This document shows positions 11,009-21,642 of a stretch of 64,000 bases of DNA, piece after piece. Numbering within the stretch: the first letter of the stretch is position 1; every line of letters starts with the position of its first letter. The DNA comes from Salisapilia sapeloensis CBS 127946 (lineage: Eukaryota; Protista; Oomycota), in NCBI GenBank assembly GCA_023334545.1, contig JAADVB010000064.1, forward strand, positions 1 through 64,000. Reading direction: 5' to 3'. Under the pieces are notes generated by a model, which was not told where the DNA came from, did no database searches, and saw only the letters and a list, made by a program, of their open reading frames with translations. The position numbers were made by a program, and so were the translations under genes.

Positions 11009-11024
11009 TCATTGTCCAATTTTC
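11009..11024 (+). promoter_or_regulatory. Oomycete INR+FPR core promoter
   Basis: TCATTGTCCAATTTTC about 30 nt upstream of ATG 11042. Confidence 0.65.
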
Positions 11025-11041
11025 ATCCCTCCGATCCTTTC

Positions 11042-12118
11042 ATGGCGACGTCCCTCGCTGCCCTCTTCGCTGCGCTATTTGTATACTTAGCCAGTGCAAA
11101 TGTTAAAGCAACTTTCTGTCTGACAGACACTTCAAGAGATCTACCAGTCGTCTTTATGCATGGGCTTCTTGCCAATACGAGCGCTGGCACTGAAATTGGT
11201 AACGCACTGGCAGCAGAAGGTAGAGCATTCATCTCGCTCGACTTTTGTACAGATGAGTGCTCTTCACGTGCCCTCCAGGAGCAAGTATCTCTCGGCGTGA
11301 AAGCACTTCAAGATATCCAAATGTCTGATGATCGCCTTGCCAATGGATACATCTTAATCGGTCATTCCCAAGGAGGCATCATCATCCGCAGCATTGCTGA
11401 AGAGATGGATGATCACTGTATCCGCAAGCTCATCACCTTGGCGAGTCCACACAACGGGCTCTTTTACGGTCCTCAAAAGCCTGACTTGGGCCTCGTTAAG
11501 CTGTTTCTCAAGTCGCCTGATCTGTTCTTTATTCAGGGCAAAGACACCTTCCCATTCGACCAGTACACCGTTGACGACATTCACGGCAAACTTCAGCTAG
11601 ACTTCCACGACTGGGCCACACGTTTTGCTGGCGTGTACTCTCCAGCAGACTTAAATCGGTTCCCAAAAGATGTAGAATGGATTGCTAGCTCCGACTTTTA
11701 CCCCAAGTACAACAACATGAATGACTGTGGTGAAGAGGCAACTGCAGACTACGATTCATGCCGCCAAGAGCAACAACGTCGTCGGAACAACTTTTTAAAA
11801 GTGAACGAAGTACACTTTCTTTCATCGCCAGACGACGGTGTACTCACGCCATGGCAATCTGGCATTGGTGGTCGGTACGGTGACTTTACTGGCAACATGG
11901 ACGACTTTATTCCAGCGTTCGACTTGCTTGAGCCAATTTTGATGAACCAAACGACTGAGTTCATCAGCGACACGTACGGCCTTCGGACAATGTCTGATCA
12001 TGGGTCGCTCTTCCTGACTTCAGCTCCAAAGGTCGAGCACGTTTGCTGGCTGGCCGACGGTGTAAGCTGCACATTCCGAGCGACGTATGATGAGTACATC
12101 TATCCTCTCTTGCACTGA
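11042..12118 (+). CDS. Secreted palmitoyl-protein thioesterase-like alpha/beta hydrolase
   Basis: Signal peptide; PVVFMHGL, GHSQGG nucleophile elbow, LASPHNG, DGVLTPWQS and terminal VEH motifs. Confidence 0.85.
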   Translation: MATSLAALFAALFVYLASANVKATFCLTDTSRDLPVVFMHGLLANTSAGTEIGNALAAEGRAFISLDFCTDECSSRALQEQVSLGVKALQDIQMSDDRLANGYILIGHSQGGIIIRSIAEEMDDHCIRKLITLASPHNGLFYGPQKPDLGLVKLFLKSPDLFFIQGKDTFPFDQYTVDDIHGKLQLDFHDWATRFAGVYSPADLNRFPKDVEWIASSDFYPKYNNMNDCGEEATADYDSCRQEQQRRRNNFLKVNEVHFLSSPDDGVLTPWQSGIGGRYGDFTGNMDDFIPAFDLLEPILMNQTTEFISDTYGLRTMSDHGSLFLTSAPKVEHVCWLADGVSCTFRATYDEYIYPLLH

Positions 12119-13004
12119 CTTGCCTCAGCATTGACCTAAAGACGTTAGTGAATGAAAGTCGGTTTTCATTGGGTTACTTGTACACATTCTTACTAGCATC
12201 TTGACAGAATACCCTGGCATCCAGACTCATCAAGTCGCTCATTCCGCAAGATGCAACATATACTTTTCTACCAGCTCATTTGGTAGTGCACCGAACGCTC
12301 GCCACAAGCAGATTGTTTTGGCAAACACTCGAGCTTCCACCGGTACTTCTTTGCTAGTTCTTTCGAAGCTCAAGCTGGCCAAAACCGTAGTCTAAATCGC
12401 AAGAGACGAGAGTAAAAACTGTGCCCAGCAGCCATCTTTCTCTGGCTTTCATTTCGATGAGCAGTATTAACCTGAATGGGTCATCGCCTGGTAGGATGCA
12501 ATCAAGGTATTTAGTAAGCCAATTATTCGAAGGAGCTAGCTGAAAAGATCAAAGTGAAAGAGGCTGGTCTATGGACTGTGTGCATTAACGCTTAGAGCAG
12601 AGTAAATTTTACATTTGCCTACCTCAAAGGCATCTACATGACCCAGGGAGCTCATCTATACAACTAACATGCCTCCAAATCGACTTGGTCACCACTTGCA
12701 CAGCGACAAATGATTTTCTCTTTCGTCATGCTGGATGATGGTCTTCAATGAGTCGACCTGGTAAGCTACGTTGTCTTTCTTACATCCAAGGACCAAGCAC
12801 TCGAGTAATCTAGCTCCAAAGCCCTCCACACACCAGCATACTCATGATCAGGAAGTCATAAACAAGCGGAAACAAATCCTCGGTATCTATTAGCTATATT
12901 CATTCCGTTGAAGTCTCCGTTTCCTTTTGAAATAAATCCAAACACTCTTCCAAAGTATTTCTTTCTCGCCACCGCGAGCAACATTTATACTCGTGATGCG
13001 TGCT

Positions 13005-14724
13005 TCAAAAATCCTCACTCTCGGATCGTTTTCTTCCCATCAGCAGTTTCCTCCATATGGACCTCGACTTCTTGCTCCGGACGACCGGAGGTTCTTGGAC
13101 ATCGTCGTACGTCTCGCCGGTGGTCGAGTGCTTCCATAAATAAGAAGCAGATGCCTCGTCTTCTGACTGGTACTCCAGACGCGGTGCCGATGGAATCACC
13201 GTATTGGACCTATCTACTACTCTCTGCTCACGACTGCGCGTCCGACTCGTGCAGTTATCTTCGGAGCTGACTCGCATGCGAGGTTCCTTTTCGTTCTGTT
13301 GCTGAGAGTAGCTCTGCGCGTGGGACTCGAGCGTTGAGTGGTTCAAGTACCAAATTGGAGATGAATGGGAGCTCCGGTGGTAGCTGAGCTCCGAGTCATT
13401 GACGAATCGACGACTATTGTCCAGGTCGTACCGAGTGAAAGGGGACGTAGAAATCTTTATCTGATGGCGATGGCGCACGTCCTCAATCGCGAACAGCGTT
13501 GCGTCTTTCGAGATGGCCGAGTGGAAACATGATTTGCAAATCAGCACCTCGACGGCCCATTGCTCTGTCATCCGCAACGGACCGACCTCTCGCTTCGATA
13601 GGCAAGACGCACAGCATGCCTAGTGAAAAGGTGAGTGCACCAGTTCAGACTATGTACAATCGACGGCAATGTCTTTACCTGCTGGCAGATGCGACACTTT
13701 TCTTTTGCTCTTGCCGCCCTCTCGGACTTGGCGTCGCACATGCCGCACGCGCACTGCGTATTCGAGTGTCGAGACGATGCAGTCGTGTCCGATCCCATCG
13801 AGGCCTCTAGTACGAGGTTCCGAGGCCCAGTCTCTACCACTCGCGCCAGTTTCTTGGCAATAGCAACTTGATGCAGACCCTCGAGGCTGGCTTTAAACGT
13901 CTGTACAGCCAGCTTCATGCGCAATCGTCGGCCCATGTCGCCACTCGGGTCGAGCGAACCTAGGAGAAAGACCTGGACGTGGGCGTCGTCGAGCGTCGTC
14001 TGCGAATGGCGCGGCGGCTGTCGGAAGAAAGAGCCAGAGGACACTTGCGCACGAACGAACGCATCTCCGGCAGAGCCATCCAAGCCTGGCGGGCACGAAG
14101 GGAAGGCCACTGACTGCTTTAGCTCGAAGCCGACCGTATCCCCGTCCCCGGATCGTAGCGTTCCAGTAGACTAGCGACGCCACCCATATTCATTAGATGT
14201 TCCATAGATAGTAGTAGTAGTAGAGGACGTACTTGGAGACAACACAGGTCGCGGTCACGGGCGAGTCCGAAGCTTTTCTTTGGCGCGAGACGTCTCTCCC
14301 ATTTAACTGCGAGCGTCCGGAAGGGCTTGCGACTGGACGGGGCTTCTAGAGGATAGAGCAAGCTGCCATCCACAAGTCCATCTTTCGAGTAGTATCCTCG
14401 ACTGCGGCGCTCCAGCGTCGACGTCCACATGGAACCGTAGAGGAGGTCAGAGAGTTGGGCATGAATGAGGCCGATCACGAGCACTAGTGGAGTCTTGCTC
14501 CCTGCTTGGTTTTTCGTAAACACTTGTATTTCGTCGGAGCTGTATTCTGAAAGGTACTCCCACTGGTGTTTCCACACCAGCTCTGCATTCGAGACGCTCG
14601 ACACTTCCTCATACAGCCGTAGATACCTCGTCATGAGCTCTCGCTCCTGATTCTTCAAGTCCTCGACTTTGGACCGGCGCAGCTTCACATTCGGAAACCA
14701 CGGCAACGCCTCGGCACCCTCCAT
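13005..14724 (-). CDS. START-like plus FYVE-like zinc finger protein, 3 exons
   Basis: GT-AG introns 14171-14232 and 13620-13678 join three ORF-track pieces in frame (...DRDLCCLQ|STGTL...; ...CRICQQ|ACCASC...CKSC). Confidence 0.85.
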
Positions 14725-14786
14725 CCTCGTTCGTCGACGTCGACTGCTATCCGATGTATAAATCGTGCTCGTCGTGCACACGGTCA

Positions 14787-14822
14787 GGTCATGCCGAATC
14801 AGATGGTCACGCCGAATCAGAC
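14787..14822. repeat. Tandem 18-bp imperfect repeat in a divergent promoter
   Basis: GGTCATGCCGAATCAGAT followed by GGTCACGCCGAATCAGAC (2 mismatches). Confidence 0.8.
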
Positions 14823-15044
14823 GCTGATTGGACGAAAGTCGGTCGGCTCATAACAGTTAAGGTGTTAAGTAACTCGACGACCGGACGGTATGGTCGTCAG
14901 GCGAGCGATTCTTCCATCTCCCAATCGGGATCATCTTCAAGGGAGCGTGCAAAGAAGCACCATCTTACCTTTTGACGGGGTAGCAGTTCGCCTAACGGAG
15001 ACCGGAAAGATACAGAGCATCGCACGTAAAGTAGTCTAGGAGAG

Positions 15045-16302
15045 ATGCCCGTCGACTCGGGCCACGCGACATTCGTGCTTCGCCATCAGAAAAATGCATC
15101 CGGACAGGCCGCGACATGGCGCTTGAGCAGACGCGCGGACTCGCCCAACTCTGGTGCATCGTCGAACCGCCCTCGTCTATCGCTGCCTCCAGCCGAGAGC
15201 GTCGCCAACATGAATAATCGGTAGGTAACTCGCCTGCACCAACGAAGCTATTAATACCTAGATATTTGAGGGAAACTCTCTTTCCTCGACCAAACATGTG
15301 GTCTTCCAATACACTTGAACACGACAATTAAAAGCAAGACGGATCTCTCACACACTCCTGTGCTATAGAGAGCGGTGCAAGTACTACCGAGAACGGCGGC
15401 GCAAGTACGAGCAGCTGCTTGAAGGGGAAGTAGAGGATCTCCAAGACCAGATCACTGCGCTCCAAGCGACGCGCCAGGTGCACCAGGAGCTATCGATTGC
15501 GCGAGCTACAGACGCGAACGGCTCACTGGCTAGATTAGTGAACGAGTATTACGCCCAATTCGCCCAAGGCACCCCCGTTGCACTCCAATTTGCTTCCAAC
15601 GCGTCGGAAATCCACGCAGCACCACTGCGTCGTGTCGCAAAGGCAACCCAGACGCAGGCCTCTTTCCTGTACGCAGCCATGAAGAAAAATGTTCGTTTCG
15701 GAGATTTCCAAGGCGTGGACACGTTGCTCGACCAATGGCAACGGTACTCCACCTACCACTCGTCGATCTCGTTCGGCGTGAAATCTCTCCAAGTCCTCAG
15801 TCGCCCATCGATCGGAGAATCAGAAATGACCTATGAAGACGGAAGCGCAGTTGTGATCGTTGTCCATGGCGACTTGAAATGCCGGATCAGTAAGGAAACG
15901 TTGGAGAACATCTTTCCCCAAGCGCTCCGTCACCCAGACCTGATGCAAAGGTTGATTGGCCTGGAGGTTACCTACCCTTGCATCAATGAATTCTTCTTTG
16001 CCAAAGACGGAAAGATCGAGCGGTACAATGCGCAAGTGATGTTCGTAGAGGCGCTCATGGACGCCGTCAAGAGCATCATGGATGTCTCTAAGATGCTCGG
16101 CGACGCTCTGATCGTGAAAGACCACATGATCGGGCAGCTGAATTCGAAGGAAGCAGAGGTCGCTCGTCAGGACGCCGAGGCGCTTGCCGTGGGCACAGAC
16201 ATGGAGGATATGGAAAGCAACGGCGACTACGACATGGAAAGCAGCAGCGACTATGACACGCCGCCTATCTCCAAACACTCTTTGGGCTACATATTGTCTT
16301 AA
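15045..16302 (+). CDS. Oomycete-type bZIP transcription factor, 2 exons
   Basis: Intron 15221-15368 (GTAGGT...TAG) rebuilds basic region MNNRERCKYYRERRRKYEQ (N-x7-R), then heptad L/V/I repeat and typical C-terminal region. Confidence 0.85.
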
Positions 16303-16413
16303 TTTTCAATTCGAAATGCAAGGTTTATTGTTTGAGTAAACTGTCACGGACGTAGGTGTCGCACTCGACACGCTCTTAGATATGCACCACCATTGGCAGG
16401 GTGCCCCTTACTA

Positions 16414-16866
16414 TCACGGCTGCTCGTCGTCCGAGATGAAAGACTTGACGCTCTCGTCTTGGTTATCGTCTTCAACGTCGCTGTCTATTGCCTCTCCACT
16501 AACTTTAATCGCACCATCCGTATCGACCTCGACATTCGCAATAAACATTTCAATTGCCCTCCTTTCCGTCCGATTCCGCTGATCCAGTCTCCGTTGATTC
16601 GCATTCGCAATATCCCGATGGTACTCGCAGTAGGTGTGCAATCCGCCTGTCTTCTTCTTTGCGCGCAGATTCAGACAAACCTTGTTCGCGTACCGGCAAG
16701 TTGCCTGCTCTGGCTTGCACGTCAAACCGCGCACTGCTGGCGTCCGTTTCCGGTCACTGGCCATTTTCCGCAGTTTCTTTGGCGGCTCGATGGTTGACTT
16801 GGAGACGAGCTCATAATCTGGACGCTCCTCAAGTGCACTTCGGTGTTTGTGCAGTGTCATCAACAT
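16414..16866 (-). CDS. Cys/His-motif protein of unknown function (oomycete-type family), paralog 1
   Basis: CRYANKVCLNLRAKKKTGGLHTYCEYHRDIANANQRRL; ATG at 16866 assumed (ORF track starts at GTG 16950). Confidence 0.8.
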   Translation of the reverse strand: MLMTLHKHRSALEERPDYELVSKSTIEPPKKLRKMASDRKRTPAVRGLTCKPEQATCRYANKVCLNLRAKKKTGGLHTYCEYHRDIANANQRRLDQRNRTERRAIEMFIANVEVDTDGAIKVSGEAIDSDVEDDNQDESVKSFISDDEQP

Positions 16867-16967
16867 GGCAGTTGTCAAGATCGGCGGATAAACCCAATGT
16901 GTTGCACGGATAGATAGGAGGTTTGTGGAGCGAATGTATCCAACCTTCACTCCTTAATCGGGAGACG

Positions 16968-16985
16968 GCCAATTTAGAAATGAGC
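16968..16985 (-). promoter_or_regulatory. INR+FPR core promoter
   Basis: Minus strand GCTCATTTCTAAATTGGC upstream of the 16866 gene. Confidence 0.6.
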
Positions 16986-19183
16986 TTGGCGTGAAAGAGA
17001 AGAAGTTGACTGGCAACTTTCCAACTTACATATTGCTGTATATTGCGCTTTGTGCATATTTACACTCCCGCCCAGTGCAGTTATAAACAGGATTTGATCC
17101 AAGTCGGTAAAAATGCACAATTTGCACTCGATAGACCATTAGGGTGTGCAGTATTAAAATACAACATAAGCAGCTTCGTATTTAATGCGTTTGTGCATAT
17201 AAGTGGATGTGGAGATCATTCCATTGATATGTAAATTATCATAGATGCTCAGGGTTTGAAGTGCAGAGACCGAACCATGTTCGGCTAGACGAAATATTGA
17301 CCTTGGGACGTTAAAAATCTACGCGTGCATCCTGCTTCACTAGCACTAGATTGCATATTCCTATAGGTACATGCACGCACAAGACTATTCCCTTTATTTG
17401 CCCACATTTACACGCCCACTCGTCGGCTAGTGATTGGAAAGATACATGTAACGACAGCCTGCCTGTCACCCACACAAACTAGGTCACATGGCACTGCTTG
17501 CGAGCCACAAGCGGGATTTTTGCTGGAGCAGATGCAAACAGCGCTTGGAGCCCATTGCTTGGCACTCGTTCGAGTACTCGCGCCTCAACAGATGAGGAAG
17601 AGTTTGCACGTAAAAAGGACTACATATCATTTACACGTAATAGATTCACTGGCGTGCCTCGCGAGCCACGAATGTGATTTTTATGATCGAATATCCGGAT
17701 AGAATGTAGGATCTTCTGCTTGCCGTTAGACTCAAATAGTCACTTAAGAAAGTGGCACGACCCAAGCACAATCGTGACATGATTGCGGCCCAACCGGAAA
17801 TGAGACCTTGACAAGACATGCATCCTTCCTTGCAAATCGTGCTTCCTGTTGCAAGTGAGACAGTGCACCGGAAATCCAGCGGCACTGCCGCCATAGAAAG
17901 CACGAACTACCATCGCTGCGTACATTCTCCATTGCTGCGATGCCTGCAACTGCGTACTGGGTTTTTTGGACTATTTTTCTTCCATTCAATTTTTTTCGTG
18001 GTACCTCGGATTGTACCCATGAATGAGTATCCGCAAAGCGCTCGTCGCGGTAGAAAGTCTTAAAAAATCCTATTCTACAATACGGGTACGGATACCTCCT
18101 TTTGGTTTGGATCAACTTTAAGTTACTATTGCAAGGTCTACATCCTTTTGCCTAAATGTAATCGACCAAAGTAGGAAGACCGGAGCATGTGTGCATGCGT
18201 CAAGTATAGAGATGGTTTCGTTTGGCCCGTGTGCAAGCAGCGTCAAAGCACCATGCATCTGCTCTGAAAACGAATCAAACAGAATGCTGTGTATCAGATA
18301 AGCATCCTGCAGTCTATTCCATTGACATATAGAAGATAAATGCCAATTAACCTAAAGGTGCACACTGTACTACGGTGATGAACGACCGTGAATTCATGTT
18401 GGCGTGATCCAACTATGCGGTGGTGTTGTAATCGCCACAAATGCGCTGTCGTACTGTGAGGCGAAGACAAGCGACAAAATGGTCATTGTCTTCAGGAATA
18501 AACACCGCGGGATGTCGTTCCACGCATCAAGCGTAAAATTTTGCTGACATTGAGCTGACTGTAACTGTGTGCGACGCGGTCAGCTGGCAGAAAGCTAGTC
18601 TTTAGTTGTGCATAGAGCAGTGCCTTGGAAGATAGCAAGAAGCATTGATGCGATAGCTTGCTCCACCCTTCTGTCATAGCTCTTTGCATTTGCAATAAGG
18701 CAATAGACTAAGTATGATACTGGTAACTCTTCTTTATTCAAGCGAACCTTCCCTTTCTCCACCTCCACCAGCCTCGATTACCGTCGTATCTGTGCTCTAT
18801 GGTTTGCACAATGTACACCAACACCGATGCTATCAGGCGAAGGAAAGGCTCGTTGGAAAGCTCGTGTACGAAGCTAGTTTAAAAGCTCATCATTACGAGC
18901 AAGTCTATCGTGCCCTGAAACAATCGACAACGGTTTGTATTTCAATTGTACCTTTGTCAACCGAATAATGGATCAAATGGAGGTCTTGCGGTACCTGCAT
19001 GAATTGCAAAACCTGACGTGGTACATTACCAGTAATTCACCTTGGTGACCTTGATTGCCATCTAGACTGGAAACACACATTCCCAATGGTGCAAGGTTTA
19101 GTACATCTAGTTAGCGAGAACAAAACGGGAGCACCATGAAGGAAGCAGTTCAAATCTGCTAAAATAAATGAATTACTTGTGCC

Positions 19184-20770
19184 TTAATTAGGGGCTACGC
19201 AACTCGGTTTCGCAGCGACGCCAGTGTCATCCACACCCAACATGCGGTCTGAGTCGGGATTGACCACCACAACGACCGTAGCCTTTGCTTCCGGTGCAAC
19301 AGTCGCTGGTGCTACTTGAATGACTGCATTGTTGTTGGCCTGGATATTTTCGTCCGGAGGGAGCAGTCTCCTAAATTCGCGACAACGGAATGTATATCCG
19401 AGGAGGATGGCAGTTACCACTCCTGCGAACCCATGGACAGCCGTGCAGTAGAGCATTTCTTCTGACAGTAGCCCACTCATGGCATTCTCGTCATGAAAGA
19501 TCTGTCTTGCCGTGGTCGCAATGGACGAAACAATGAAGTACATGGCCATTGTCAACCGTAGTCTCTGGAAAAGCTGATGCTTAACGTACGCTGGTGTCAA
19601 CGATACTTCTCGCGTCACTTGCTGCAGCCAACTCACTTGTTCCGCCAAGAGTCGCACGTGGAGACTTGCCTGGAACCAGAACAAGCACACGATCGCCAAG
19701 TACGAGAGAAACAACGCCATGTTCACGATGGTGTACAGGAGACCCAGGTATTCGACGAGTGTGGCGGATAGAGCATAGCCGGCCACGAGCAGTCTCAGTC
19801 GAAAGGTCTCTCTCGGCGGAAGATAGAGTCGAGTAATTTGCCATCCTTTTGCTAAGAGCAGCACCAGCTCTGCTGCACTCATGTAGGTGGTAAACGATAG
19901 ACCCGTCACTACGGACGGAATGAGCCAAACGACGACTATGGCGGACCCTTTCGGGTTTTCGTGCACGACCAAGACGGAGGCTCCATCAAACAGATTGTAC
20001 ACTCCGACGAGGAAAGCTACCGCGCATAGTCTCTTTTGCAGTATAACGGGCATGCGCGAGCTCTGACTTGCCTTTGCAATGACGTGTAAATGATACACGG
20101 TGGCAATAGCAATCCACAGTCCACCGACGACGAATCGAATGTAGCTCAAGTAGTACTTAAGCCTCTCCTGGTCAGCGCTCGAGATCGTTTCCATCGAACT
20201 GCTGGACTCTTCTGGTTGCAAGCAGACAAGTGTGTGCTCATCAAACATGCAAAGCTGTGCCCGGATACTGATGGACGTGTTTGTGTGTACACAAGCGGCC
20301 TGGTCAGAATATTCGCTCGAGCATATCGTGTCTTCGCGGACATTGCAGGCATCGACTAGAACGACGAGTTTCTGGAAGTGCTGTACGTCAATGTACGTAT
20401 CCACCTCCACAAGCACCGTTTCAGACGAGTAGGAAAGAGGTTGAAATTGATAGTACACACAGCTCTTGTGCTCATCAGTCATGTATCTGCACTGCGTCTC
20501 CTCCGTGACACTTGTGGAAAGCATATTGGCCATCTCTTCGCCACATACAGCTAAGCGGAGCTCTTGATGGACGAGGAGTTGAGAGCGAAGCCGAACGTCG
20601 AGCTTGATGAAGCCACTAGGCAGGTCGACTTGACTTGGAATTTGATAGTGGAGAACTTGGACGACACCATGGACTTTACGATTCACTTCTGTCGTATAGT
20701 CATATTCAGCGACTACCATGGCAGCGAAAATGACAGCATACCACAACAGCAGTCTTTCGAGGTACCTCAT
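19184..20770 (-). CDS. Signal peptide plus luminal domain plus about 7 TM helices (GPR107/108, GOST-like)
   Basis: 528-aa ORF; Cys-containing N-terminal ectodomain, multiple hydrophobic helices and the LLLAKGWQITRLYL motif. Confidence 0.7.
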   Translation of the reverse strand: MRYLERLLLWYAVIFAAMVVAEYDYTTEVNRKVHGVVQVLHYQIPSQVDLPSGFIKLDVRLRSQLLVHQELRLAVCGEEMANMLSTSVTEETQCRYMTDEHKSCVYYQFQPLSYSSETVLVEVDTYIDVQHFQKLVVLVDACNVREDTICSSEYSDQAACVHTNTSISIRAQLCMFDEHTLVCLQPEESSSSMETISSADQERLKYYLSYIRFVVGGLWIAIATVYHLHVIAKASQSSRMPVILQKRLCAVAFLVGVYNLFDGASVLVVHENPKGSAIVVVWLIPSVVTGLSFTTYMSAAELVLLLAKGWQITRLYLPPRETFRLRLLVAGYALSATLVEYLGLLYTIVNMALFLSYLAIVCLFWFQASLHVRLLAEQVSWLQQVTREVSLTPAYVKHQLFQRLRLTMAMYFIVSSIATTARQIFHDENAMSGLLSEEMLYCTAVHGFAGVVTAILLGYTFRCREFRRLLPPDENIQANNNAVIQVAPATVAPEAKATVVVVVNPDSDRMLGVDDTGVAAKPSCVAPN

Positions 20771-20929
20771 TGTATCGACGTAACGAGAATAATGAGCTCC
20801 AAGTTACTCATCCTCTCTCATCCTCTTCAACTAAGGAAACTAAAAATACGTCGCATAAGACTCAATGGCTTGTATAAAATAACACATTATTTACTTGCAT
20901 TTCTCTCGACTACTATAAACGTTCGACCT

Positions 20930-21583
20930 CTACTCTAGAGGAAACGCACTGTTGATAAACGTAGAATAGGTGGCAGCGCCAGAAGCGGTCATCTGAGACG
21001 GCGACACCAAGCCGCCATTGTGCGGCCTCACGTTGCTCACATGAGCACGAGGAACTTGCGTTTGTCGGACCATAGCCTTCTGGTACCGCTTCTTTGTCTC
21101 CAAGCGACGCTGGTTGTGGTTTGCTCGAGCGCGATGACGTTCACACAGGTTGTGTAATTCGCCATTTCGCTTCGTCGCGCGCATGTTCAAGCAACGTTTG
21201 TTTCGGTACCGGCAGAGCAGGTGCTTCTCCACATTGGCAGGAGCTTCTTGGTCCTTCTCTCGTCTGCTGACGGCGACCTTTTCTTCACGAGGCGAAACTG
21301 AAGCAGGTGCAGGCGGGTTTTGGACGCCGGTCATAGCTTTTGGCGGAGACTCTGGTGCGGCGCTGGTCAGGACATGAATCGGTGGCAGCTTAGACGATGA
21401 CATGGACGGCAAAATTGGAATGCCGTTTGTCTGACTAGTTTGCTGCTGATGCAGCATGTTGGGCATCGGTAACAGTGGCACTGGGTACTGCGACGATGAC
21501 TTCATGTACGCAGCGTCGGCGTCGCACGTCGTGGACTGGGCTTGCGGGAACGTCATGCGGATCGGGCGGTCTTCAAGTCCCAT
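20930..21583 (-). CDS. Cys/His-motif protein of unknown function, paralog 2
   Basis: CRYRNKRCLNMRATKRNGELHNLCERHRARANHNQRRL within a Pro/Ser/Gln-rich protein. Confidence 0.85.
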   Translation of the reverse strand: MGLEDRPIRMTFPQAQSTTCDADAAYMKSSSQYPVPLLPMPNMLHQQQTSQTNGIPILPSMSSSKLPPIHVLTSAAPESPPKAMTGVQNPPAPASVSPREEKVAVSRREKDQEAPANVEKHLLCRYRNKRCLNMRATKRNGELHNLCERHRARANHNQRRLETKKRYQKAMVRQTQVPRAHVSNVRPHNGGLVSPSQMTASGAATYSTFINSAFPLE

Positions 21584-21626
21584 ACTGGTTTAACTTGGCA
21601 CAGGTATTGCGGGTGAGTGTGGGCGG

Positions 21627-21642
21627 GCGAATTGGAAAGTGA
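21627..21642 (-). promoter_or_regulatory. INR+FPR core promoter
   Basis: Minus strand TCACTTTCCAATTCGC about 45 nt upstream of ATG 21583. Confidence 0.65.

Noticed and set aside
18450-18700. Faint Tc1-like peptides (IFQG..., DAWNDIP) on the minus strand
   Set aside because: Too short, interrupted by stops, and no TIRs seen.
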